DNA from: an uncultured Chloroflexia bacterium
Lineage (GTDB): Bacteria > Chloroflexota > Limnocylindria > Limnocylindrales > CSP1-4
Direction: 5' to 3'
DNA length: 64,000 bases
NCBI GenBank assembly: GCA_963746845.1
Contig: CAVVCZ010000004.1
Coordinates: forward strand, 544,001 to 608,000
In this document: in pieces, positions 30,416 through 38,972 of the stretch
Numbering within the stretch: the first letter of the stretch is position 1
Layout: each line of letters begins with the position of its first letter
The notes under the pieces: model-generated
Database searches by the model: none
Told to the model about the DNA's origin: nothing
The model's input: the letters and a program-made list of their open reading frames with translations, nothing else
Position numbers and translations under genes: made by a program

Positions 30416-30943
30416 ATGACGCGCGGCGGCATCGACGCGATGCTCTACCTCCTGGACGAGGCGTTCCGTGGCGCCGGCATCGTGGCGAGCAACGAGAGCC
30501 AGGCCCTCATGCCCAACCTCCGCTCCGTGCCCGACGACGCGTGGCACACGGTCCCGGACGGCCTCTCGCGCTCGATCGAGGCGATTGCGGTCCACATCGG
30601 GGCGTGCAAGGTGATGTACGACGACTACGCATTCGGCTCGGCGAGCCTGCGGTTCGCGACGCCCGAGGTCGAGCCGTGGCATGCCGGTGAAGCAGAGATG
30701 GATGGTGTCCTGCCCTGGCTCGAGACGACCCACGACCGGCTCGCAGGCCACGTGGCGGCGCTCGCCGACGACGCCGAGCTGGATGCCCTGCGCCTCACGA
30801 ACTGGGGCGAGCGCCGCCCGACCCGCTGGATCGTGGCGGCGATGATCACCCACGACGCGTATCACGCCGGCGAGATCAACCACCTTCGGAGCCTCCTCGG
30901 CCCCGACGATCGCTGGCGCTTCCAACAGCTGGGGTTCGGCTGA
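30416..30943 (+). CDS. DinB/YfiT-family protein
   Basis: SIEAIAVHIG and HDAYHAGEI (His triad); TACGAT 6 nt before ATG. Confidence 0.82.
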   Translation: MTRGGIDAMLYLLDEAFRGAGIVASNESQALMPNLRSVPDDAWHTVPDGLSRSIEAIAVHIGACKVMYDDYAFGSASLRFATPEVEPWHAGEAEMDGVLPWLETTHDRLAGHVAALADDAELDALRLTNWGERRPTRWIVAAMITHDAYHAGEINHLRSLLGPDDRWRFQQLGFG

Positions 30944-31000
30944 TCGACCCGATCGCGACCGGTTTCGTGCGTTTCGACCCCGGCCGGCGTGTTTGAGGAT

Positions 31001-31492
31001 ATGACGACGCACGTGGCCATCGCCGACTCGACGGATCTCGCCTACGAGCACGCGTTCCGGCGTCACTGGTCGGACGTGTTCCGGTTCGCCCTCGCCTGGA
31101 CGAACGACTGGACCGCCGCGGAGGACCTCGCCCAGGAGGCGTTCCTCCGGTTGTGGGACCAGCGGCACCGGCTCGACTGGGAGCGGCCCGTGCTGCCGTG
31201 GCTGCTCGTCACGACCCGTCGCCTCGCGACGGACCGGTTCCGCACGCTCCGGCGGCGGATCCTGGTCCGCCCCGCGGAGCCGCCGGCCATCGACGCGGAC
31301 CCGTCGGCTCGCGTGCGCTGGCTCGACGTCCGCGCCGCCATGGATGACCTCTCATCGCTCGAACGAACCGCGCTCGTGATGACCGCGATCGAGGGAGCGA
31401 CCTACGAGGAGGCTGCCGCCGTCCTCGGAACGACGGCCGGAGCGCTCCGTGCCGCCGTCAGCCGCGCACGCACGAAGCTGGAGACCGCGTGA
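31001..31492 (+). CDS. ECF-type RNA polymerase sigma factor
   Basis: AEDLAQEAFLRLW (sigma2), PWL, LSSLERTALVM...YEEAAAVLG...SRAR (sigma4). Confidence 0.9.
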   Translation: MTTHVAIADSTDLAYEHAFRRHWSDVFRFALAWTNDWTAAEDLAQEAFLRLWDQRHRLDWERPVLPWLLVTTRRLATDRFRTLRRRILVRPAEPPAIDADPSARVRWLDVRAAMDDLSSLERTALVMTAIEGATYEEAAAVLGTTAGALRAAVSRARTKLETA

Positions 31493-32277
31493 TGGAGCCC
31501 ACGTCGAAGAGCGATCGAGTCCTGGACGAATGGACCGCGTTGGCGAACACGGCGAAGCCGCCGGCAACCGCGCCGCGACCCGCGGGGAACCGCAGCTCGG
31601 GCTCGTTCCCGGGTTTGGTCGGGGCCGGCCTGCTGGCCGCCGCCCTGATCGTTGCCCTGGCCTGGCTCGGCGGCCGCACGACCGGCGTGGGCGCCGACCC
31701 GTCGCCGAGCTCGAGCGATGCCGCGGTCGTCGAGTCTCCGTCAGCGGAGCCGAGCGCGTCGCCAGAGCCGTCTCCGTCCCTCGTGCCGAGCGAGGCGCCG
31801 AGCCCGTCCGTCGAGCCCTCGGCGAGCACGGCCCCGAGCGCGACACCGGTCCCGACCGTGGGACCCTGCACGGCGAAGGACCTGACCGCCCGGATCACGT
31901 CGTGGGAGGGCGCCGCGGGCAATCGGATCGCCAGCGTGACGCTGACGAACGCCAGCAAGGCGAGCTGCCTCTTGACCAAGACGGCGACGCCGTTCCTCAT
32001 CGACGGGCGCCGGACCGTCCTTGCGCAGGGCATGAACCCGCCGACGCCGGCGACGATCACCGTCAAGCCGGGCGAGACCCTTCACACGCTCGTCGACGTG
32101 ACGAACGTGTGCACCTCGCCGATCAAGGCGCCGGTCACCGTGGCCTTCGATCTCGATGCGAATGGGCTGAACGGAGCCCTCGTCGCGACGCCGACGTCGT
32201 CGTCCGACACGACCGTCCCGCCGTGCAACGGGCCAGGCCAGCCGGCCAGCATCCAGATGCAGGCATGGACGCGCTGA
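31489..32277 (+). CDS. Single-TM protein with Pro/Ser linker and DUF4232-like domain (putative anti-sigma)
   Basis: TM LVGAGLLAAALIVALAWL; C..DL...EGAAG...VTLTN...C pattern; GTGA overlap with the sigma gene. Confidence 0.7.
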   Translation: MMEPTSKSDRVLDEWTALANTAKPPATAPRPAGNRSSGSFPGLVGAGLLAAALIVALAWLGGRTTGVGADPSPSSSDAAVVESPSAEPSASPEPSPSLVPSEAPSPSVEPSASTAPSATPVPTVGPCTAKDLTARITSWEGAAGNRIASVTLTNASKASCLLTKTATPFLIDGRRTVLAQGMNPPTPATITVKPGETLHTLVDVTNVCTSPIKAPVTVAFDLDANGLNGALVATPTSSSDTTVPPCNGPGQPASIQMQAWTR

Positions 32278-33449
32278 GGTGCGCTGAGGCACGTCGGTCG
32301 CGTCGCGCCGGGAGGATCGCGGTCGCCCTCGTTGCGGCCGCGGCCCTTGCCGGCTGCACGACCGGAGCGGCCGGCGGAGCGATCGCACAAGCGCCCTCAC
32401 CCGCCGGCCCGGCGACGCCGGGCACCGGGGCCCGCCCCGGATCGGGGGCCGCGCCGTCGGAGGCAACCCTCGAGCGGCTCATCGGCCAGCGGCTGATCGT
32501 CGCGATGGACGGCCGGACCCCGAGCCCGGCGCTGCTGGACCGCATCGGCCGCGGCGAGATCGGCGGCGTGATCCTCTTCGGCCGCAACCTGACCACGAAG
32601 GCGGCCCTCATGGCGCTCACGACGCAGCTCCATGACGCTGCGTCCGCGGCGGGTCAGCCCCGGCTCCTGATCGCGGTCGACCAGGAGGGCGGATCGATCA
32701 AGCGGATCCCGTGGGCGCCGCCGACCCTGTCGCCGCGACAGCTCGGAGCGCTGGGATCGACGGCGACGGCACGCGCGCAGGGCGTCGCGACCGGGAAGGC
32801 GCTCCATGCGCTCGGGATCGACCTGGACCTCGCGCCGGTGGCCGACGTCCCGGCGTCGACCACGTCGTTCCTGTTCCGACAGCACCGCACGTGGTCGTCC
32901 TCGGCGGCACGGACGACCGCGCTGGTCATCGCCTTCGCCCAGGGTCTTCGGGCCGGCGGCGTGGTCCCGGTCCTCAAGCACTTCCCCGGGCTCGGGTTCG
33001 CGAACCAGGACACCGACCTGCGCATGGTCACGATCCGAGCGAGCCGGACCGCCCTCGGCCCCGGCCTCCAGCCGTACCGGGCCGCGGTCGCCGCGAAGCT
33101 GCCGGTCATCATGCTCTCGAACGCGACGTATCCCGCGTGGGATGCCCACGCCGCAGCCGGCTGGTCGCCGGCGATCATCACGACACTCCTTCGTGATCAG
33201 CTCGGCTTCCTTGGCCTGACGATGACGGACTCGCTCGATGGCTCCGCGGCCGCGCGCGGACTCACGGCGAGCCACCTGGCGGAGCGCGCCGCGGGTGCCG
33301 GGACGGACCTGATCCTGCTGACCGGCTCGGAAGCCTCGAGCGATCGGGCGTTCGCCTCGCTCCTCGCCGACGCCGAGGCCGGCGGGCTGCCGCTCGCAGG
33401 CCTCGAGACATCGGACCGCCGGATCGTCGCGCTCAAGCACGCGGGCTGA
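32265..33449 (+). CDS. GH3 beta-N-acetylhexosaminidase (NagZ-like) lipoprotein
   Basis: Lipobox LAGC; GGVILFGRN, AVDQEGG, LAPVADV, KHFPGLG, MTDSL. Confidence 0.85.
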   Translation: MDALRCAEARRSRRAGRIAVALVAAAALAGCTTGAAGGAIAQAPSPAGPATPGTGARPGSGAAPSEATLERLIGQRLIVAMDGRTPSPALLDRIGRGEIGGVILFGRNLTTKAALMALTTQLHDAASAAGQPRLLIAVDQEGGSIKRIPWAPPTLSPRQLGALGSTATARAQGVATGKALHALGIDLDLAPVADVPASTTSFLFRQHRTWSSSAARTTALVIAFAQGLRAGGVVPVLKHFPGLGFANQDTDLRMVTIRASRTALGPGLQPYRAAVAAKLPVIMLSNATYPAWDAHAAAGWSPAIITTLLRDQLGFLGLTMTDSLDGSAAARGLTASHLAERAAGAGTDLILLTGSEASSDRAFASLLADAEAGGLPLAGLETSDRRIVALKHAG

Positions 33450-33480
33450 CCCGGGCGGCATGGCCCGCTAGCATGGGCTC

Positions 33481-34872
33481 GTGGGATCGCGTGAGCTGCT
33501 GCCGGGCTGGGACGCCGAAACCGACGACGGGCCGGCGACCAGCGAGGCCGCACCGGCGCCACCCGGCACCTTCGGGCTCCGGATCCTCAACGTCAGCGAG
33601 GTCGCCCGGGCGATCCGCGAGGCCGTCCGCGCCGATCCGCAGCTGGCGGACGTCTGGGTCGAGGGCGAGGTCGGTCGGGTCACCGTCAGCACGGCCGGTC
33701 ACGCGTACTTCACGCTGAAGGACGCGCGGAGCACGCTGAACTGCGTCTGGTTCAGCGAGGGCCGGGCCCGATCGGTCTTCCAGCCGCAGGCCGGGCTCCG
33801 GATCGTGGTCCACGGCCGGATCGACCTGTTCGAGCAGCAGGGCGCCGTCCAGCTCTACGTCGAGTCGATCCAGCCCGCAGGGTTCGGCGACCTGGCGATC
33901 CGGTTCGAGGCGCTCAAGGCGCGGCTGGACGCCGAGGGCCTGTTCGACCCGGCCCGCAAGCGGCCGCTCCCCGCGCGACCGACGACGATCGCGATCATCA
34001 CGAGCCCGACCGGCGTCGTCTGGCACGACATCGCGACGGTCCTCTCGCGCCGCTGGCCGATGACCCGGGTCCTCCTCGTCCCGTGCAAGGTCCAGGGCGA
34101 CGACGCGCCGGAGAGCATCGTCCGTGCATTCCGCCGTCTCGACCAATGGCTCGCGTCGCTCGATGCGGACGGCCGCACCGCCGACGCACCGGGTCTCACG
34201 ATCCTCGCCCGCGGCGGCGGCTCCCTCGAGGACCTCTGGTCGTTCAACGACGAGCGCGTCGTCCGGGCGGTCGTCGCCCATCGGTTACCGGTCGTGACCG
34301 GCGTCGGCCATGAGGTCGACGTGACGCTCGCGGACTTCGCCGCGGACGTCCGGGCCGCCACGCCGTCTGCGGCGGCGGAGCTCGTCGTCCCGGACCGCGC
34401 GGAGTGGTTGGCGTCGTTCCGTCGTGCGGGCGATCGGACGGCCGCCGCCGTCACCCGGACCCTCGAGGCCACGCGCCGCGAGCTGGCGGTCGAGCGACGG
34501 GCGCTCGACCGGCTGGACCCCCGCGCCCAGCTCGTCGCGGATCGGGAGCGAGTCGGGCTGCTGCTCGACCGCGCCGTGCGGGCCACGGACGCGGCGATCG
34601 CGCGCCGTGGCGCCGCGCTCACGACAACGGCCGGCGACGTGCCGCGGCCACTCCTGGCCCGTCTCGCGGCCGCCCGCGCAACCCTCGCCGCGAGCGCGTC
34701 GGCCCTGGCGGTCCTCGGGCCGCAGGCCACGCTGGAGCGCGGCTACGCGATCGTGCGGCGGGCCGCCGACGGCGCGATCCTCCGCCAGCCCGGCGACGCG
34801 CCGGCAGGAACGCCGCTCGCGATCCGGGTCGCCGGCGGCGAGCTGACCGCCACCACGACGGACGGATCGTGA
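33481..34872 (+). CDS. xseA: Exodeoxyribonuclease VII large subunit
   Basis: VWVEGE, GHAYFTLKD, ITSPTG, RGGGSLEDLWSFNDE, GVGHEVD, TPSAAAE, LERGYA. Confidence 0.96.
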   Translation: MGSRELLPGWDAETDDGPATSEAAPAPPGTFGLRILNVSEVARAIREAVRADPQLADVWVEGEVGRVTVSTAGHAYFTLKDARSTLNCVWFSEGRARSVFQPQAGLRIVVHGRIDLFEQQGAVQLYVESIQPAGFGDLAIRFEALKARLDAEGLFDPARKRPLPARPTTIAIITSPTGVVWHDIATVLSRRWPMTRVLLVPCKVQGDDAPESIVRAFRRLDQWLASLDADGRTADAPGLTILARGGGSLEDLWSFNDERVVRAVVAHRLPVVTGVGHEVDVTLADFAADVRAATPSAAAELVVPDRAEWLASFRRAGDRTAAAVTRTLEATRRELAVERRALDRLDPRAQLVADRERVGLLLDRAVRATDAAIARRGAALTTTAGDVPRPLLARLAAARATLAASASALAVLGPQATLERGYAIVRRAADGAILRQPGDAPAGTPLAIRVAGGELTATTTDGS

Positions 34873-34994
34873 CCCTCGTCGCCTATCTCGCGCTCGTCGC
34901 CGTCCTCATCGTCGCTGCCGTGGCCGTTGGTATGCTCGTGGCACGACGCCTCGGCCCCTGGGTCGACCGCCACGAGGAGCCCGATGACGACTGA
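34869..34994 (+). CDS. 41-aa single-TM microprotein between xseA and xseB
   Basis: MTLVAYLALVAVLIVAAVAVGMLVARRLGPWVDRHEEPDDD; GTGA overlap with xseA and overlap with the xseB start. Confidence 0.6.
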   Translation: MTLVAYLALVAVLIVAAVAVGMLVARRLGPWVDRHEEPDDD

Positions 34995-35262
34995 GCCCGC
35001 CAACGCCGAGCCGCTCGCCGATGTCGACCGGCTGACGTTCGACGACGCGTTCGCGGAGCTGCGGGCGGTCGTCGCGGAGCTGGAGACCGGCGGGCTGTCC
35101 CTGGAGGACACGATCGCCCGGACCGAACGAGCCGTCGCGCTCCAGCGTCACTGCGAGCGGCTCCTCGGTGAGGCGGAGCTGCGGGTCCAGCAGCTGATCA
35201 GCCGGCCCGGGGGCGGACTCGAGGTTCGCGACATCGCCCCGGACGACGCGACCGAGGCCTAG
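34984..35262 (+). CDS. xseB: Exodeoxyribonuclease VII small subunit
   Basis: TFDDAFAELRAVVAELETGGLSLED...CERLL..AELRV; SD GAGGAG. Confidence 0.93.
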   Translation: MTTEPANAEPLADVDRLTFDDAFAELRAVVAELETGGLSLEDTIARTERAVALQRHCERLLGEAELRVQQLISRPGGGLEVRDIAPDDATEA

Positions 35263-35275
35263 CGAACCGTCGCCC

Positions 35276-36628
35276 TCAGTCCGGCCGGATGTTGTGGTTG
35301 AACCGGAAGACGTTCTCCGGGTCGTACCGCCGCTTGACCGCGACGAGGCGTTCCCACCGCTCCGGCCCGTACGCCGCGCGGACCCGATCGGGCGTCTCGT
35401 CGACCGGCGAGTAGTTCATGTAGCCGCCGCCCGTCATCGACGCGGGGGCGAGCAGATCGACCACCCGCCGCGCCCAGCCGACCGCGATGGCGTCGACGTC
35501 CGGGTTCTCCCAGATGGCGATCGCGCTCGCGTTCCAGCCGGCGGTCCGCTGCCCGAACGCGGCGCCGCCCGCGGGCTCGTGGTGACCCGCCCCGGTGATC
35601 GCCTCGATCAGGACGAAACAGCTCTCCACGGCGTCCTCGCTCGCAGCCGCCTCGAGGAGAGATTCGAACAGCGGCGGGTCGAGCTCCCGGATGAAGTGGC
35701 CCTTCCAGTAGTGTCGGAGCCCGAAGGGCAAGACCCCGCTCTGGGCCTGCAGCTCGAGGTACGTCCGTGGCCCGAGGTCGTCCGACTTGACGGGCAGGTC
35801 CCGTCGGAGGGTCGCGGCGATCGTCTCGCCGTCCGTGCCATCGACGACGGCAACCAGGACAGCGATCTCGTTCTGGCCATCTTCGCCCCGGCCGACCGTG
35901 ACGAATGGTGCGCATGATGTCGGCCACCGCTCGAGGACCTCGGTGATCCGGGCGAGCGCCCCGGCGGCGGCAGAGGCGGGCCAGGAGATCGTGCCGCCGT
36001 ACATCGGGCCGATCGGGATGAGCCGATAGGTGAACCGCGTGACGATCCCGAAGTTCCCGCCGCCGCCCCGCAGCGCCCACAGGAGCTCCGGGTCTCCGCT
36101 CGGGCCCGCGATCACGACCGATCCGTCGGCCGTCACGACCTCTGCCTCGACCAGGTTGTCGCATGTGAGACCCATGATCGGCATCAGCCAGCCGATCCCG
36201 CCGCCAAGCGTCAGTCCGCCGATCCCGGTGTCGCCGAACGTGCCGCCGGTCACCCCGAGCCCGTGGTCGAAGGCTGGGGCGTCGACGTCGTTCCAGAGGG
36301 CGCCGCCGCCAGCGTGCGCGAGGCGCCGCTCCGGGTCAACGGTCACCGTCCGCATCGGGGTAAGCGACACGATGAGCGCGCCGTCCTGGAACGCGTGACC
36401 GGCGACGTTGTGCCCGCCGCCCCGGACCGCCAGCGGCAGTCCCGCGGCGCGGCCTGTCAGCACCGCGGCGACGACCTCCTCGGTCGTCGCGCACGGGACG
36501 ATGACGGCCGGCCGCCGATCCAGCAGCCCGTTGAACGACTGTCGATGGGCGTCGTATTCCGGGTGGTCCGGGTGGACCGCCCCCGGCAACGAGATCCGCG
36601 TGGACGGAATGGCCGGCTCGATCGACAT
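35276..36628 (-). CDS. FAD-linked oxidase (VAO/BBE family)
   Basis: RGGGHN, GIGGLTLGGG, WALRGGGGNFGIVT, YMNY...VKRRYDPENVF (BBE tail); SD AGGAGG. Confidence 0.92.
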   Translation of the reverse strand: MSIEPAIPSTRISLPGAVHPDHPEYDAHRQSFNGLLDRRPAVIVPCATTEEVVAAVLTGRAAGLPLAVRGGGHNVAGHAFQDGALIVSLTPMRTVTVDPERRLAHAGGGALWNDVDAPAFDHGLGVTGGTFGDTGIGGLTLGGGIGWLMPIMGLTCDNLVEAEVVTADGSVVIAGPSGDPELLWALRGGGGNFGIVTRFTYRLIPIGPMYGGTISWPASAAAGALARITEVLERWPTSCAPFVTVGRGEDGQNEIAVLVAVVDGTDGETIAATLRRDLPVKSDDLGPRTYLELQAQSGVLPFGLRHYWKGHFIRELDPPLFESLLEAAASEDAVESCFVLIEAITGAGHHEPAGGAAFGQRTAGWNASAIAIWENPDVDAIAVGWARRVVDLLAPASMTGGGYMNYSPVDETPDRVRAAYGPERWERLVAVKRRYDPENVFRFNHNIRPD

Positions 36629-36792
36629 GAAATCCCTCCTGCCCGCACGATCCCACAGCGCCCGGTCGTCCACAACAGGCATCTAGAATGTCGGGCGCGA
36701 TCCGTCGCACGGGGCGACGCGAATCCGTCCGAAACGCGACCGTGCGCGATGATTGCCCGCGCGCCCTCTCGAGCCAGGAGCCACTGCCCCTC

Positions 36793-38883
36793 GTGACCGA
36801 TCTGCCATCGATCCTGCCGACACTCCACGGACCGGCCGACCTCCGCGCCCTGACCGCGCCCGAGCTCGACCGTCTCGCCGCCGAGATCCGCGAGACGATC
36901 ATCACCACCGTCGCCACGACCGGCGGCCATCTCGGCAGCAGCCTCGGGGTCGTCGAGCTGACGATCGCGCTGCATCGGCTGCTCGAGTCGCCGCGTGACC
37001 GGATCGTGTGGGACACCGGCCACCAGGCGTATCCGCACAAGCTCCTGACCGGCCGGTTCGAGCGGTTCGGGACGCTCCGCCAGCTCGGCGGCGTCGGCGG
37101 CTTCCCGCGCCGAAGCGAGTCGGAGCACGATGTCTTCGACGGCGGGCACGCCGGGACCGGCCTGTCGATCGGACAGGGCCTCGCCGCGGCGCGCGACCTC
37201 CGCGGCGGCTCGGAGCGGGTCGCCGTCGTCGTGGGCGACGCGGCCATCACGAGCGGACTGAGCCTCGAGGCGCTCAACGACATCGGCCAACGGAAGACCC
37301 AGCTCCTGATCGTCCTCAACGACAACGAGATGTCGATCAGCCCGACGGTCGGCGGCCTGTCGACCTACCTGAGCCAGATCAAGCTGTCCGGGACGTGGCA
37401 GTCGAGCAAGACCGCCTACGACGATCTCGTCGGCCGGATCCCCGGCGTGGGCCCCACGGTCCGCGAGCTGAGCCAGCGGCTGCGGGCATCCGTCGTGAAC
37501 TTCGCCCAGCCGGGGAGGCTGTTCGAGGACCTCGGGATCACCTACATCGGCCTCGTGCCGGGGCACGAGATCAAGGCCCTCCTGTCGACGTTCCAGCAGG
37601 CGCTGGAGCTGCGCGGGCCGGTCATCGTCCACGTTCGCACGCAGAAGGGGCACGGATTCAGCCCGGCCGAGACCGACCAGGTCGGGTTCCACGGCGCGGC
37701 GCTTCCGCCGATCACGGTCCCCGCGGCGATGAACGGCAACGGGAACGGCGTCGCCGCCGCGCATGGACCACTCGATGCCGCACCGGCGCCACCCGATCGG
37801 GTTCGGACGACCCCGACGATGCCGACCGAGTCGATGACCGACGACGCGGCACCGGCCTCGGCGGTCGTCCACCGGCCGAAGCACCCGAACTACACGGCGG
37901 TCTTCGTCAAGGAGCTGATCGAGCAGGCCAGGACGGACGAGCGCATCGTCGCGATCACCGCGGGCATGCCGACCGGCACCGGGCTCTCGACGTTCCAGGC
38001 GGCCTTCCCGAAGCGGTTCATCGACGTCGGGATCGCCGAGCAGCACTCGGTCGCGCTCGCGACGGGTCTGGCGATGGGCGGCATGCGGCCGGTCGTGGCG
38101 CTCTATTCGACCTTCCTCCAGCGCGCGTTCGACCAGACCGTCCACGACGTCTGCCAGAACGACCAGCCGGTGCTGATCGCGGTCGACCGGGCCGGTCTCG
38201 TCGGCGAGGACGGGACGAGCCACCAGGGGATGTTCACGCTGCCCGCCCAGCGGCAGCTCCCCAACCTCGTCATCGCGAGCCCGAAGGACGAGCAGGAGCT
38301 GCGCTCGCTCCTCGTGACGGCGCTCGGGCAGGATCGGCCGTTCGCGCTGCACTACCCACGCGACCCGGGCTTCGGCCTCGCCCCCGTGGAGCCCGCGGCC
38401 ATCCCGGTCGGCCGGGCCGAGCTGATGCGGGAGGGCTCGGACGTGCTGTTCGTCGGGTTCGGGCCGATCGTCGCCCGAGCCGTCGAGGCCGCGTCCGCGC
38501 TCGCGGACGACGGCTGGTCGGTCGGAGTGATCAACGCCCGGTTCGCCAAGCCGCTCGACACGGAGCTGATCCTCGAGCACGCCCGTCGGTCCCGACTGGT
38601 TGTCACGTTCGAGGAGAGCGTGGTGACCGGTGGGTTCGGGGCGGGTGTCCTCGAGGCGATCGAGACGGCCCGGCTGACCGACCATGCGCTCCGCGAGGTT
38701 CCGGTCCGGATCGTCGGCATCCCCGGCGGCGGCTTCGTGGACCACGGCTCCGTCACCGACCTCCGACGCGTGCTCCGGCTCGACGCCGCGGGTCTCGCGG
38801 CCCAGGTTCGCGAGACCGTCGCGGCCCTCGGCCTGCGGCCGACCGCGACGAGCGTCGTCGGCGCCGCACGCGCAAAGGCGTAG
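36793..38883 (+). CDS. dxs: 1-deoxy-D-xylulose-5-phosphate synthase
   Basis: GGHLGSSLG, WDTGHQAYPHK, GDAA...EALN, NDNEMSI, DVGIAEQH, YSTFLQRAFDQ, GEDGTSHQG. Confidence 0.97.
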   Translation: MTDLPSILPTLHGPADLRALTAPELDRLAAEIRETIITTVATTGGHLGSSLGVVELTIALHRLLESPRDRIVWDTGHQAYPHKLLTGRFERFGTLRQLGGVGGFPRRSESEHDVFDGGHAGTGLSIGQGLAAARDLRGGSERVAVVVGDAAITSGLSLEALNDIGQRKTQLLIVLNDNEMSISPTVGGLSTYLSQIKLSGTWQSSKTAYDDLVGRIPGVGPTVRELSQRLRASVVNFAQPGRLFEDLGITYIGLVPGHEIKALLSTFQQALELRGPVIVHVRTQKGHGFSPAETDQVGFHGAALPPITVPAAMNGNGNGVAAAHGPLDAAPAPPDRVRTTPTMPTESMTDDAAPASAVVHRPKHPNYTAVFVKELIEQARTDERIVAITAGMPTGTGLSTFQAAFPKRFIDVGIAEQHSVALATGLAMGGMRPVVALYSTFLQRAFDQTVHDVCQNDQPVLIAVDRAGLVGEDGTSHQGMFTLPAQRQLPNLVIASPKDEQELRSLLVTALGQDRPFALHYPRDPGFGLAPVEPAAIPVGRAELMREGSDVLFVGFGPIVARAVEAASALADDGWSVGVINARFAKPLDTELILEHARRSRLVVTFEESVVTGGFGAGVLEAIETARLTDHALREVPVRIVGIPGGGFVDHGSVTDLRRVLRLDAAGLAAQVRETVAALGLRPTATSVVGAARAKA

Positions 38884-38972
38884 CCCTCGGACCCACCCGG
38901 TGCGCGTCGCCGCCGGGTAGGATCGCGCGCAGCGCGTCGGCGCATTGCCGTCGCAGTCGTGCGGGAGCAGAC

